Shown: in pieces, positions 9,317 to 21,162 of the stretch
Layout: the number at the start of each line of letters is the position of its first letter
Position numbering within the stretch: the first letter of the stretch is position 1
Source of the DNA: Burkholderiales bacterium
Lineage (GTDB): Bacteria; Pseudomonadota; Gammaproteobacteria; Burkholderiales; Ga0077523
NCBI GenBank assembly: GCA_038324085.1
Contig: JBBQHP010000004.1
Span: 69,231 to 133,230, forward strand
DNA length: 64,000 nt
Direction of reading: 5' to 3'
Made by a program: the position numbers and the translations under genes
Notes under the pieces: model-generated
What the model was told of the DNA's origin: nothing
The model's input: only the letters and a program-made list of their open reading frames with translations
The model's database searches: none

Positions 9317-10423
9317 TCAAAGACGTCCGAGTGTCAGTGCTCGCGCGAAGACGTGTCGCAACGATCGCGTCGTGTCCAGGACCTCGAGACCTGCACCGCG
9401 AGCCCAGCCTGCGGCGGGCCAATCGATCGAGAACAGGTCCGCGAGCGAGTCGGTGAAACCGATGGTTGCAGCGCGATCCAGCTTGCGGCGGCGCAGAAAT
9501 CCGGCGATATCCGGCAGCGCTCCGGCCGCGGACCAGGCATCGCGCAAGCCGAGGTTCAGGCCCTGGCCGGCGATGGGATGCAGGGTTTGAGCGGCGTTCC
9601 CGATCAGCGCCACGCGACCGCGGGCGCGCGGTTCGGCGCGCCGCAGCAGCAGGGGGTAGCTGCCGCGCTCCGCGACCTCGATGAAACGGCCGGCGCGCCA
9701 GCCGAACTCGCGCTGCAGGCGGTCCAGAAAATCGGCGTCGTTCGATGCGAGCACGTGGCATGCATCTTCGGGTGCCAGCGTCCAGACCAGCGCGAACCCG
9801 TCTTCGCGGGGCAGCAGGGCCATCGGTCCAGCCTCGGCGAATCGCTCGTAGGCCACGTTCCCGTGCGGGCGCCCGGCACGCACCCGAGCGACCACCGCCG
9901 TCACACCGTAGTCCTTCACATGCTGCGTGAAGCCAAGCGCTTCGACCAGCGGCCCGCCGCCCTCGGCCACGATCGCAGTCCGCGCCGCAAACTCGCCGGC
10001 CGACGTGGCGACCGTGATCTCTTCGCCGTCGTCGCGAATACTGTCGACCTTCGTTTCGTAGCGGACCTCGCCAGCCGCCTGTGCCCGCGTGGCGAGCGCC
10101 CGCTGCAACGCGCCGTACCCGACGATGCGGCCCAGCGCCGGCACGTTTGCATCCTGCGCGGTCAGTTCGGTGCGACCGAAGCCACCGCGCTGCGACACGT
10201 GGATGCGCAGAATCGGGGTGGTCACAGCTGCGAGCTGCTCGGTCACGCCTGCGCGCCCGAGCAGCAGCCAGCTGCCCCACGACAAGGCCAGGCTGCGGTC
10301 ATCGTCGAAGCCCGCGCCGGCGGGCTTCGCTTCCAGCAGGAGCGTCTTGAAACCGCGCCGAGCGGTCGCGAGCGCGAGAAACTGACCTACCGGCCCGGCA
10401 CCGACGATGATCGTGTCGAACAT
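9317..10423 (-). CDS. ubiH: FAD-dependent ubiquinone-biosynthesis monooxygenase (UbiH/UbiF/VisC family)
   Basis: It has the MFDTIIVGAGPVG dinucleotide-binding motif and the C-terminal GNAAQTLHPIAGQGLNLGLRD motif. It lies immediately downstream of pepP, as in the E. coli pepP-ubiH arrangement. The ATG at 10423 is preferred over the TTG at 10429. The exact paralogue cannot be assigned. Confidence 0.8.
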   Translation of the reverse strand: MFDTIIVGAGPVGQFLALATARRGFKTLLLEAKPAGAGFDDDRSLALSWGSWLLLGRAGVTEQLAAVTTPILRIHVSQRGGFGRTELTAQDANVPALGRIVGYGALQRALATRAQAAGEVRYETKVDSIRDDGEEITVATSAGEFAARTAIVAEGGGPLVEALGFTQHVKDYGVTAVVARVRAGRPHGNVAYERFAEAGPMALLPREDGFALVWTLAPEDACHVLASNDADFLDRLQREFGWRAGRFIEVAERGSYPLLLRRAEPRARGRVALIGNAAQTLHPIAGQGLNLGLRDAWSAAGALPDIAGFLRRRKLDRAATIGFTDSLADLFSIDWPAAGWARGAGLEVLDTTRSLRHVFARALTLGRL

Positions 10424-10444
10424 CGCCAAAGCGACTCGGCAGAC

Positions 10445-11776
10445 TCAGCGCGCGTCGGCGCCGACGATCGCTTCGACATCCGCCACCGACTTGGGCGCGG
10501 CGATCGTGAGGACCTCGCCGCCGGTAGCAGTCACCAGGACGTCGTCCTCGATGCGCACGCCGATGTTCCAGAATGCCTCCGGCACTCCCTCGCCCGGGCG
10601 GATGTAGCAGCCGGGTTCCACCGTGAGCGTCATGCCCGGAACGAGATCGCGCCACCGCCCCTCGCGCTTGTAGTCGCCGGCGTCGTGCACGTCGAGCCCG
10701 AGCCAGTGGCCGGTGCGATGCATGTAGAAGCGCCGGTAGTCGTTCGATTCGATCACCGCCTCCGGCGTGCCGTGGCACAAGCCCAGATCGATGAAGCCGC
10801 GCACGAGGATGGCGAGGGCGGCTTCGTGGGGTTGTTCCCAGTGATGGCCGGGCTGTACTGCCTCGATGGCTCGCGCCTGGGCCGCGAGCACGAGCTCGTA
10901 GACGTCGCGCTGCGGACCTGTGAACCGGCCGTTGACGGGCCAGGTGCGGGTGATGTCGGACGCGTAACCGTCGACTTCGCAACCGGCGTCGATCAGGAGC
11001 AGCTCGCCGTCGTTCAGCCTGGCGGAGTTGTCCACGTAGTGCAGCACGCAGGCATTGGCTCCGCCGGCGACGATGCTCGGATACGCCGGCGACTGCGCGC
11101 CGCGCGAGCGGAACTCGTGCAGCAGCTCGGCTTCGATCTGATACTCGAACAGACCGGGACGCGTGGCGCGCATGGCGCGCGCATGCGCCGCAGTGGAGAT
11201 CGCAGCGGCGCGCCGCATCGCGTCGATTTCGTGCGCATCCTTGATGAGGCGCATTTCGTCCAGAAGACGGCGCACGTCACGGATCTCGCCGGGCGCGGCG
11301 ATGCCGGTGCGAACCTGGGCGCGCACTGCGTTCAACCATTCGATCAGGCGGCTGTCCCAAGCGCCGTCCGCGCCGACGTCGGCGAACAGCGCCGGCTGGT
11401 CTGCAAGCAGCCGCGGCACCATCTCGTCGAGTTTCGCGATCGGGTGCGCTTCGTCGAAGCCGAACAACGCACGCGCGTTGTCCGGTCCGTGGCGATGGCC
11501 GTCCCAGATCTCGCGGTCCAGGTCCTTCTCGCGGCAGAACAACAGGCTGCGCGGCTGCTCGCCGGCGACCAGGACCAGCACGGACTCGGGCTCGGTGAAG
11601 CCGGTCAGATAGTAGAAATAGCTGTCGAAACGGAATGGGTGGTGCACGTCGCGATTGCGCGTGCGCTCGGGGGCGGTGGCGATGACGGCGACCCCCTGCC
11701 CCATGGCCGCAACGAGACGGCGGCGGCGATCGGCGAACGGAGCGACGGCGACAGACGCGACGATGGGTGCATTCAT
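10445..11776 (-). CDS. pepP: Xaa-Pro aminopeptidase
   Basis: The track ORF 10445..11953 was trimmed to the ATG at 11776. The sequence includes FRFDSYFYYLTGFTEPESV, the metal-ligand region LIDAGCEVDGYASDITRT, and HRTGHWLGLDVHD. Confidence 0.92.
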   Translation of the reverse strand: MNAPIVASVAVAPFADRRRRLVAAMGQGVAVIATAPERTRNRDVHHPFRFDSYFYYLTGFTEPESVLVLVAGEQPRSLLFCREKDLDREIWDGHRHGPDNARALFGFDEAHPIAKLDEMVPRLLADQPALFADVGADGAWDSRLIEWLNAVRAQVRTGIAAPGEIRDVRRLLDEMRLIKDAHEIDAMRRAAAISTAAHARAMRATRPGLFEYQIEAELLHEFRSRGAQSPAYPSIVAGGANACVLHYVDNSARLNDGELLLIDAGCEVDGYASDITRTWPVNGRFTGPQRDVYELVLAAQARAIEAVQPGHHWEQPHEAALAILVRGFIDLGLCHGTPEAVIESNDYRRFYMHRTGHWLGLDVHDAGDYKREGRWRDLVPGMTLTVEPGCYIRPGEGVPEAFWNIGVRIEDDVLVTATGGEVLTIAAPKSVADVEAIVGADAR

Positions 11777-11783
11777 GGTCGGA

Positions 11784-13471
<1,688 letters not shown>

Positions 13472-13751
13472 CGATTGATCGGCGTCCCTTTGTCCTGGTG
13501 TCTGGATGGTGTTTAGCGCATCGGCAATTGGCGCAACCACGGCTTGCCCCGCCCGCGCGACACCGCCATTGTCGCTTGGCCGGAGGAGCCCATGGTCACC
13601 CAGGTTCGTCCGCTGCGTACCAACCGGCGGCATACGGCAGGCGCCGCGTTGGTGAGTGAATTCATGGCTGCCCGCAGCAATTGCAGGCGTCCAACTCGCC
13701 TCGCTAGCCATATACTGCCGGCAATTCTAACAAGCACCCCGCGATTGCCCG

Positions 13752-15980
13752 ATGCCCCGTTTCCCGCGCTGGGTCGCCGCTGCCATCCTTGCAGCGCCGC
13801 TGCTCGTTCATGCACAGGAGCTCGGGCTCAAGCTTCGGCTGCAGCAGAATCTCCTGGTCACGCCCGCCGTGGACGATGGCGAGGAGACGCCGCTGTTCCT
13901 CGAGGCCGACAACGTTTCCGGCACGCAAGGTGTCCGACTCGATGCCAACGGGGACGTCAGGATTCGCGAGCGTGGCAGGACCATCATCGCCGATCACCTG
14001 CACTACACGGTTCAGGATGAACAGCTCACCGCGACCGGCAATGTCCGGCTCGACCGACTCGGCGACGTGATCGAAAGCGACAAACTGTTTCTGGACATGA
14101 AGAACGACCAGGGGTACGCCGAATCCCCCGAGTATTATTTCAGAGCCTTCAGGGCGCGCGGCAAGGCCGCCAAACTGATCATCGACAGCCGGACGCAGTA
14201 CCGGGCCGAGGATGGTACCTACAGCACCTGCGAGGTTCCGGAGAAGGACTGGTATCTGCGCGTGGGCAAGTTGAAACTCGACCGCGGCAAGGACAAGGGC
14301 ACGGCCCGCAATGCCAGGCTCGTGTTCAAGGGCTGGCCGGTCCTGTACACGCCGTATCTCGATTTTCCGCTGTCGAATGCGCGCAAGACCGGATTCCTGG
14401 CGCCGACCTACGGTACGACCGGAAAGAGCGGATTCGAGTTCACGCTGCCGTTCTACCTGAACCTGGCGCCGAACTACGACCTGACCGTCGCACCGCGCGT
14501 GCTGGCCAAGCGCGGCGTACTGGTGAACAACGAGTTCCGCTATATCACCCCGAATCTGAGCGGACTGCTCAACGCCGAGTATCTCGAAAGCGATCGCGAA
14601 CGACAGGGCGAATCGCGCTACGCGCTCGCTTTCCGGCACAACCAGAACTTCATGCCGGGGCTCTCGGGCTATCTGAACGTGCAAAAGGTGTCCGACGACC
14701 AGTACTTCGTGGACCTGTCGAACCGGATCTCCGTGACCTCCCTCCGTACCCTGCCGCGCGAAGGGAGCCTGTCCTATTCGCGCGGATGGTGGACGACGAC
14801 GGCGCGTACCCAGAGCTTCCAGACATTGCAGGACCCGAATGCGCCCATAACACCGCCCTACGCGCGGCTGCCGCAACTCACCGCTTCCGCCCTGCGTCCG
14901 GATATCAAGGGATTCGATCTCGGTTTCCAGGCGGAGTACGTGTCGTTTTCGCATCCGACGCTGGTGGCCGGACAGCGGACCATCCTCTATCCGAGCGTCT
15001 CCTACCCGCTGCAGACATCGTTCGTGACCGTGGTCCCCAAGCTCGGACTGCACTATACGAACTACTCCCTCGATGGCACGACCGGTATCACCAATGCGAC
15101 CCGCACCTTGCCGATCTTCAGCCTCGACAGCTCGGTGACGTTCGAGCGCAACACCAACTTTTTCAGCCGCGCCTTCGTCCAGACGCTGGAACCGCGCATG
15201 TACTACGTCTACATTCCCTATCGGAACCAGGATCAGCTCCCGGTTTTCGACACCGCGATCGCCGACTTCAATCTCGCGCAGATCTTCACCGAGAACCAGT
15301 TCGTCGGCGGTGACCGCATCAACGACGCGAATCAGCTCACGACGGCAATATCGAGCCGGCTAATCACGCCGGAAGACGGTCAGGAGCGCCTGCGGATGAC
15401 GCTGGCGCAACGCTTCTTCTTCAAGGGCCAGCAGGTCACCCTGCCGAACGTGGATGCGCGCACGCAGAGCCGGTCCGATGTGCTTGCGGCCTTGAACGGA
15501 CGGATGTCCGAGGCGTGGTATACGGATTTCGCGATCAACTACGACCTGAGCCAGAACCGGCATGACCGGACCACGCTCGCCTTCCGCTACAACCCGGAGC
15601 CGGGCCGGGTGTTCAACATCGGCTATCGCTTCAACCGCGACAGCTTCGAGCAGGCCGACATCTCGGCGCAATGGCCGATCAACGACAAATGGAGCGGCGT
15701 CGGCCGTTTCGCCTATTCATTGCGCGACGCGCGGACCGTCGCGACCATCGCGGGCGTCGAGTACAATGCCGGATGCTGGGCCGCACGCTTCGTCGTGCAG
15801 CAGTTCGTGACCCTGACCCAGGACAGTGTGCGGGCGTTGTTCTTCCAGATCGAATTCAACGGGCTGTCCAAGCTCGGCTCGAACCCGATCGAGATCCTGC
15901 GCCAGAACGTCGGCGGCTATCAGCGCCTGAATGCCGTACCACAGAGCCAGCTCCAATCCGACTATTACCCCGCGCAGTGA
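13752..15980 (+). CDS. lptD: LPS-assembly outer-membrane protein LptD
   Basis: This is a 742-aa protein with the signal peptide MPRFPRWVAAAILAAPLLVHA. It has a beta-barrel-like composition and ends in aromatic-rich strands. It lies directly upstream of surA-pdxA-rsmA. Confidence 0.93.
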   Translation: MPRFPRWVAAAILAAPLLVHAQELGLKLRLQQNLLVTPAVDDGEETPLFLEADNVSGTQGVRLDANGDVRIRERGRTIIADHLHYTVQDEQLTATGNVRLDRLGDVIESDKLFLDMKNDQGYAESPEYYFRAFRARGKAAKLIIDSRTQYRAEDGTYSTCEVPEKDWYLRVGKLKLDRGKDKGTARNARLVFKGWPVLYTPYLDFPLSNARKTGFLAPTYGTTGKSGFEFTLPFYLNLAPNYDLTVAPRVLAKRGVLVNNEFRYITPNLSGLLNAEYLESDRERQGESRYALAFRHNQNFMPGLSGYLNVQKVSDDQYFVDLSNRISVTSLRTLPREGSLSYSRGWWTTTARTQSFQTLQDPNAPITPPYARLPQLTASALRPDIKGFDLGFQAEYVSFSHPTLVAGQRTILYPSVSYPLQTSFVTVVPKLGLHYTNYSLDGTTGITNATRTLPIFSLDSSVTFERNTNFFSRAFVQTLEPRMYYVYIPYRNQDQLPVFDTAIADFNLAQIFTENQFVGGDRINDANQLTTAISSRLITPEDGQERLRMTLAQRFFFKGQQVTLPNVDARTQSRSDVLAALNGRMSEAWYTDFAINYDLSQNRHDRTTLAFRYNPEPGRVFNIGYRFNRDSFEQADISAQWPINDKWSGVGRFAYSLRDARTVATIAGVEYNAGCWAARFVVQQFVTLTQDSVRALFFQIEFNGLSKLGSNPIEILRQNVGGYQRLNAVPQSQLQSDYYPAQ

Positions 15981-16001
15981 CGCTCGCCCGGCGCCGCCTC
16001 C

Positions 16002-17315
16002 ATGAGCCTACTTTCCAGATTAGTCGTCGCCTGCTTGCTGATGGTTTCATCGGTGCACGGAGCCTCCGCTGCGGAGGGTGACCGCGCCAAGAGCCCGGCA
16101 ATGCTCGATCGCGTGGTCGCGGTCGTGAACAACGAGGTCATCACCAAGCTCGAGCTCGACGAGCAAGTGAAGCTCGCGACCCGCCAGCTGGTGCGCCAGG
16201 GTACGCCGCTGCCCCAGCAAGCTCTGCTCGAGAAGCAGTTGCTCGAGCGCATGGTCACCTCGAAGGTGCTGCAGCAGGTCGGCCGCGAAACCGGCGTCCG
16301 CGTCGAAGATGCCCAGCTCGAGCGGGCAATTGCGCGCCTGGCACAGGACAACAAGATGACCACCGAGGCGTTCCGCGCCAACATGCAGGAGGACGGGGTC
16401 GACTACAACCACTTCCGCGAGGAAGTGCGCAGCGAGATCGTGATCACGCGACTGCGGGAGCGGGAGGTCGACAGCAAGATCGTCGTCTCCGACGCGGAAA
16501 TCGACACATATCTGCGCAGCCAGCAAGCGGCCGGCAAGAACGAGGAATACGAACTGCTGCATATTCTGTTCACCGTGCCCGAAGCCGCGAGTCCGGAACA
16601 GATCCAGTCGCGGCGCGCGCGCGCCGACGAAGCCCTCGCCAAATTGAAGGGCGGGGCGGACTTCAAGCAGATCTCGGCCACGTACTCGGATGCGCCCAAC
16701 GCTCTTCAGGGCGGTGATCTCGGCTGGCGCGCCCCGGGCCGTCTTCCCAACATCTTCGTGCAGGCCGTGACCACCATGAAGGTCGGCGACATTTCGACCG
16801 TGTTGCGCAGTCCGAACGGCTTCCACATCCTAAAGCTGCTCGACAAACGCAGCAGCGTGCAGCAGGTCGTGGTGCAGCAGACCAAGGCACGACACATCCT
16901 CATCCGGTTGAACGAAGTGGTCGCCGAGGTCGAAGCCAAGCGGCGCCTGAACGAGATTCGCGAACGCATCCTGAAAGGCGCCGATTTCGCCGAAGAGGCG
17001 CGGTTGCATTCCGAAGATGCGTCCGCCGTACGCGGCGGCGACCTGGGCTGGCTGTCCCCGGGTGATACGGTGCCGGAATTCGAGCAGGCCATGGATGCGC
17101 TCAAGGTGGGCGAGATCAGCGAGCCGGTGCAGTCCCCCTTCGGTTGGCACCTGATCGAGGTCGTGGAGCGCCGCACGGAGGATCTCACGCAGGAACGCCA
17201 ACGCCAGCTTGCGCGGCAGGCAATCCGTGCACGGAAATCCGACGAAGCCTTCACCGAATGGGTGCGCCAGCAGCGCGATCGTGCCTTTGTCGAGTACCGC
17301 CTCGAGGAACGCTGA
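16002..17315 (+). CDS. surA: Periplasmic chaperone / peptidyl-prolyl isomerase SurA
   Basis: It has a signal peptide and two parvulin-like modules (GGDLGWRAPGRL...GFHILKL and GGDLGWLSPGD...GWHLIEV). The context is lptD-surA-pdxA. Confidence 0.93.
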   Translation: MSLLSRLVVACLLMVSSVHGASAAEGDRAKSPAMLDRVVAVVNNEVITKLELDEQVKLATRQLVRQGTPLPQQALLEKQLLERMVTSKVLQQVGRETGVRVEDAQLERAIARLAQDNKMTTEAFRANMQEDGVDYNHFREEVRSEIVITRLREREVDSKIVVSDAEIDTYLRSQQAAGKNEEYELLHILFTVPEAASPEQIQSRRARADEALAKLKGGADFKQISATYSDAPNALQGGDLGWRAPGRLPNIFVQAVTTMKVGDISTVLRSPNGFHILKLLDKRSSVQQVVVQQTKARHILIRLNEVVAEVEAKRRLNEIRERILKGADFAEEARLHSEDASAVRGGDLGWLSPGDTVPEFEQAMDALKVGEISEPVQSPFGWHLIEVVERRTEDLTQERQRQLARQAIRARKSDEAFTEWVRQQRDRAFVEYRLEER

Positions 17316-18288
17316 ACCCTCTTCGGTCATCGCCGTCACGACGGGTGAACCGGCCGGGGTCGGGCCGGAACTGTGTGCGACGCTGGCGGCCGAGGGTGTC
17401 GCGCCCCTCGTGCTCATCGGCGACCGCGACCTGCTCGAAGCGCGCGCGGCCGCGGCGGGTGTCGTGCTGCATTTGCCCGACTACGATCCGCGCGGTCACG
17501 TATCTGCACCTTCGCTGTTGCACGTGCCGCTCCTCTCCCGCAGCGAGCCGGGCCGGCTCGACTCCGGAAACAGTGGTTACGTGCTCGCGCTGCTGGAACG
17601 CGCGGCCGACGGTTGTCGCGCGGGCGAGTTCGCCGCTATGGTCACGGCGCCCGTGCACAAGGGAGTCATTCTCGATGCCGGATTCGCGTTCACCGGCCAC
17701 ACGGAATACCTCGCGGAACGCTGTCGAGTCGCGCGGGTCGTCATGATGCTCGTGGGCGGCGGCATGCGTGTCGCCCTGGTGACCACGCATCTGCCGCTCA
17801 AGGATGTTCCATCCGCGATCACCATCCAGGTGCTCGAACAGACCCTGAGAATCGTCCGTGACGACCTGCGCGCGAAATTCGGCATCGCGGATCCGCGACT
17901 GCTGGTGGCGGGATTGAATCCGCACGCGGGAGAGTCCGGCCACATGGGGCGCGAGGAGATCGAAGTGATCGAACCCGCGCTCGAGCGGTTGCGTAGGGAG
18001 GGATTCCGGCTGGAAGGACCATTGCCCGCCGACACGCTGTTCCAGGCAAAGTACCTCGACGATGCCGATGCCGTGGTGGCGATGTATCACGACCAGGGAT
18101 TGCCGGTGCTCAAGTACGCGAGTTTCGGGACTGGCGTGAACGTGACGCTCGGCCTGCCGATCATCCGCACCTCGGTGGATCACGGGACTGCCCTGGATCT
18201 CGCCGGAACCGGTCGCGCCGATGTCGGCAGCCTGCGCGCGGCTGTGGACCTGGCGAGCGAACTGGTTGCGCGCACATTGCCTCAGTGA
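17281..18288 (+). CDS. pdxA: 4-hydroxythreonine-4-phosphate dehydrogenase
   Basis: The sequence includes VIAVTTGEPAGVGPEL, FTGHTEYL, NPHAGE and IIRTSVDHGTALD. There is no ATG between the surA stop and the conserved core. The start is therefore either the GTG at 17281 (35-nt overlap with surA) or the track start at 17209. The start remains uncertain. Confidence 0.85.
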   Translation: MPLSSTASRNAEPSSVIAVTTGEPAGVGPELCATLAAEGVAPLVLIGDRDLLEARAAAAGVVLHLPDYDPRGHVSAPSLLHVPLLSRSEPGRLDSGNSGYVLALLERAADGCRAGEFAAMVTAPVHKGVILDAGFAFTGHTEYLAERCRVARVVMMLVGGGMRVALVTTHLPLKDVPSAITIQVLEQTLRIVRDDLRAKFGIADPRLLVAGLNPHAGESGHMGREEIEVIEPALERLRREGFRLEGPLPADTLFQAKYLDDADAVVAMYHDQGLPVLKYASFGTGVNVTLGLPIIRTSVDHGTALDLAGTGRADVGSLRAAVDLASELVARTLPQ

Positions 18289-19082
18289 TGCAGCATTCAC
18301 CACGTCGGCGCTTCGGCCAGAATTTTCTGATCGACCGCGGCGTCATCGCAGACATCGTGGGTGCGATCGCGCCGTCTCGCGACGACCTGATGGTGGAAAT
18401 CGGTCCTGGTCTCGGCGCCTTGACCGACCCGTTGCTGCGGATCCTCGATCGACTGCACGTAATCGAGATCGATCGCGACCTGGTCACGAATCTCGCCAGA
18501 GTGCATCCGCCGGAGCGCCTGATCGTTCACGCGGGTGACGCGCTCGAGTTCGATTTCGCAATGCTGGGTTCCGGACTGCGACTGGTGGGCAATCTGCCGT
18601 ACAATATTTCCACGCCGCTGCTGTTCCACGTTGCCAGGTTCGGGTCGATCGTGCGCGACACCCATTTCATGCTGCAGAAAGAGGTGGTGGATCGCATGGT
18701 GGCCACGGCAGGCAGCGGCGATGTGGGTCGCTTGTCGATAATGCTCCAGTATCGATTCGCCATGGAGAAGCTGATCGATGTGCCGCCGGACGCTTTCGAC
18801 CCGGCACCGAAGGTGACCTCAGCCCTGGTGCGGATGCTTCCACTCGATCCGCTCCCCCATCCCGCGCGCGACGAGAGACTGTTTGCGCAACTCGTCACGC
18901 GCGCCTTCACCCAGCGTCGAAAGACCCTGCGCAACGCACTTGCCACCTATCTGACCGCGGCCGAACTGGCAACGATCGATATTGATCCGGGAGCGCGGGC
19001 GGAAACCCTCGATGTGGCGTCCTGGGTGCGCGCGGCCGACTGCGTCGTCGCGCGTGAACTCAGGCAGCCTTTTTCTGGATGA
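18288..19082 (+). CDS. rsmA: 16S rRNA (adenine1518/1519-N6)-dimethyltransferase
   Basis: It has the RFGQNFL motif and [14 protein letters not shown]-binding motif. The start is the ATG at 18288 (or the GTG at 18285), overlapping the pdxA stop. Confidence 0.92.
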   Translation: MQHSPRRRFGQNFLIDRGVIADIVGAIAPSRDDLMVEIGPGLGALTDPLLRILDRLHVIEIDRDLVTNLARVHPPERLIVHAGDALEFDFAMLGSGLRLVGNLPYNISTPLLFHVARFGSIVRDTHFMLQKEVVDRMVATAGSGDVGRLSIMLQYRFAMEKLIDVPPDAFDPAPKVTSALVRMLPLDPLPHPARDERLFAQLVTRAFTQRRKTLRNALATYLTAAELATIDIDPGARAETLDVASWVRAADCVVARELRQPFSG

Positions 19083-19449
19083 ATTCGATCTTGTAGCCGT
19101 CCGGGTCTTCCACGAATGCGATGACCGTGGTGCCGTGCTTCATCGGGCCGGCCTCGCGCGTGACGCGGCCGCCGCGTTGCTTCACCTCGTTGCAGGCCCG
19201 GTATGCGTCGTCCACTTCGAGGGCAACGTGGCCATAACCGGTACCGAGGTCGTAGCTCCTGGTGTCCCAGTTGTGGGTGAGTTCGAGCACCGCTTCCTCG
19301 TTTTCGTCGCCGTAGCCCACGAACGCGAGCGTGAAACGACCATCCGGGTAGTCCTTGCGCCGGAGCACCTTCATCCCGAGCACGCTGGTGTAGAAGTCGA
19401 TGGAACGATCGAGATCACCCACTCGGAGCATCGTGTGCAGTATTCGCAT
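19060..19449 (-). CDS. gloA: Lactoylglutathione lyase (glyoxalase I)
   Basis: The track ORF was trimmed to the ATG at 19449. The sequence [30 protein letters not shown]...[11 protein letters not shown]...IEFIQ is typical of GloA (129 aa). Confidence 0.93.
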   Translation of the reverse strand: MRILHTMLRVGDLDRSIDFYTSVLGMKVLRRKDYPDGRFTLAFVGYGDENEEAVLELTHNWDTRSYDLGTGYGHVALEVDDAYRACNEVKQRGGRVTREAGPMKHGTTVIAFVEDPDGYKIEFIQKKAA

Positions 19450-19451
19450 GA

Positions 19452-19637
19452 TCAGATCTCCACCAGTTCGAAGTCGTCCTTGCGCGCTCCGCATTCCGGG
19501 CAGACCCAGTTGACGGGGACGTCGTCCCAGCGCGTGCCGGGCGGAATGCCTTCTTCGGGGAGGCCGGCAGCCTCGTCGTAGATGAAACCACAGATGAGAC
19601 ACATGAAGGTGAGAAAGGGCGCTGCGTCGGCGGACAT
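19452..19637 (-). CDS. Rubredoxin
   Basis: Two CxxCG knuckles are present (CLICG and CPECG), with the intervening [28 protein letters not shown]. The ATG is at 19637. The stop lies 2 nt before the gloA start. Confidence 0.9.
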   Translation of the reverse strand: MSADAAPFLTFMCLICGFIYDEAAGLPEEGIPPGTRWDDVPVNWVCPECGARKDDFELVEI

Positions 19638-19693
19638 ATGGCAGAGGTATTCGGCTAAAATTTCATTTTATAGGCAAACGGCCGCCGCGCCAC

Positions 19694-20530
19694 ATGATCT
19701 CTGCGCCACCGATCGTTCTCACTTTCGCGGCCACCGACCCGAGCGGCGGATCCGGCGTGCAGGCGGATATGCTGACGCTGAGCTCCATGGGGTGCCATCC
19801 ACTCTCCGTGATCACCGCGATCACCATCCAGGACACCGCTGGTGTCGATGACGTCATGGCGCTGGATGCGGAATGGGTTTCGGGCCAGGCGCGCAGCGTG
19901 CTCGAGGACATGCCGGTCAGCGTGTTCAAGATCGGCCTGCTCGGCAGCGTCGAGGCCATTGCCGCGATCGCGGAGGTGGTCTCCGACTATCCCGATATTC
20001 CGCTCGTGCTCGAACCGGTGATGAGCTCGGGTCGCGGGGACGAATTGGCCAGCGACGACATGGTCGCCGCCATGCGCGAGCTGCTGCTGCCCCAGACGAC
20101 CGTGATCACTCCCGACGGCCTCGAGGCGCGCCGTCTGGTGCTGGACGCGGACGACGATGCCGACGACGACCCGTCGCCGAGCGAATGCGCGCGTCGCATC
20201 CTGGAACTCGGATGCCAGTACGTGTTGATCACCGGAACGCACGACAATACGCCCGAGGTAATCAACACCCTGCACTCGCTCGATGGCGTGGTGCGCACGG
20301 ATCAATGGAAGCGGCTGCCGGGAAAGTTCCACGGCGCCGGCAGCACGCTCGCCGCCGCGCTCGCAGCGACGATCGCGAACGGACTGCCCATGGCCGAAGC
20401 GGTGCGCGACGCCCAGGAGTACACCTGGCAGTCGCTCAAATTCGCCTATCGCCCGGGCATGGGTCACCGCGTGCCCGACCGGTTGTTCTGGGCGCGTGAG
20501 GAAGAGCAGGATGCACAAGCGCCGGATTGA
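19694..20530 (+). CDS. thiD: Hydroxymethylpyrimidine / phosphomethylpyrimidine kinase
   Basis: The sequence includes TDPSGGSGVQADMLT and, near the C-terminus, GAGSTLAAALAA. It overlaps thiE by 20 nt. Confidence 0.9.
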   Translation: MISAPPIVLTFAATDPSGGSGVQADMLTLSSMGCHPLSVITAITIQDTAGVDDVMALDAEWVSGQARSVLEDMPVSVFKIGLLGSVEAIAAIAEVVSDYPDIPLVLEPVMSSGRGDELASDDMVAAMRELLLPQTTVITPDGLEARRLVLDADDDADDDPSPSECARRILELGCQYVLITGTHDNTPEVINTLHSLDGVVRTDQWKRLPGKFHGAGSTLAAALAATIANGLPMAEAVRDAQEYTWQSLKFAYRPGMGHRVPDRLFWAREEEQDAQAPD

Positions 20531-21152
20531 GGGCCTGTATGCGATCACCCCGGAGCACCGGGACGCAGGAGCGGCGCTCGCGCAGGTCGAGCTTGCGCTC
20601 GCTGCAGGATTGCGGGCGCTCCAGTATCGGGACAAGTTGGCCGTGGGACAGCAACGGACCGACCGGGCGAAGCGTTTGCTGGCAGCCTGCGAGCGCTACG
20701 GTGCCACCTTCATCGTCAATGACGATCCGGCTCTGGCGGCAGAATCGGGCGCGCACGGCGTCCACCTCGGTCGCGAAGACGGATCGATCGACACCGCGCG
20801 CCGGATCGTCGGCGATCGCGCGATCATCGGCGCCTCGGGCTACGGCGATCTCGACCGTGCCCTGGAACTGCGCGCGCAAGGCGCAGACTACGTCGCCTTC
20901 GGGAGTTTCTTCGCATCATCGGTCAAGCCGGATGCGGTCAGGCCGGATCTCGGATTGTTGGGCCGCGCGCACGCGGTCCTCGACTGCCCGATAGTCGCAA
21001 TCGGCGGGATCACGCTGGACAATGTCGCACTCGTGCGGGATGCCGGCGCCGATGCTGTCGCGGTGATCACGGCGATTTTTTCCGCACCGGACATCGGCGC
21101 GCGAGTTCGAGACTTCGGCCGGGCGTTCGCGCGCGCCACCACGATAGATTGA
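20511..21152 (+). CDS. thiE: Thiamine-phosphate synthase
   Basis: The track ORF 20283..21152 was trimmed to the ATG at 20511. The sequence includes [28 protein letters not shown] and IVAIGGIT. Confidence 0.9.
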   Translation: MHKRRIEGLYAITPEHRDAGAALAQVELALAAGLRALQYRDKLAVGQQRTDRAKRLLAACERYGATFIVNDDPALAAESGAHGVHLGREDGSIDTARRIVGDRAIIGASGYGDLDRALELRAQGADYVAFGSFFASSVKPDAVRPDLGLLGRAHAVLDCPIVAIGGITLDNVALVRDAGADAVAVITAIFSAPDIGARVRDFGRAFARATTID

Positions 21153-21162
21153 AGCGAAAACC

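Noticed and set aside
19638-19693. A possible TPP (thi-box) riboswitch upstream of thiD-thiE.
   Set aside because: The gap is only 56 nt and is shared with the divergent rubredoxin promoter. That is too short for a TPP aptamer of about 100 nt, and I see no CTGAGA-type core motif.
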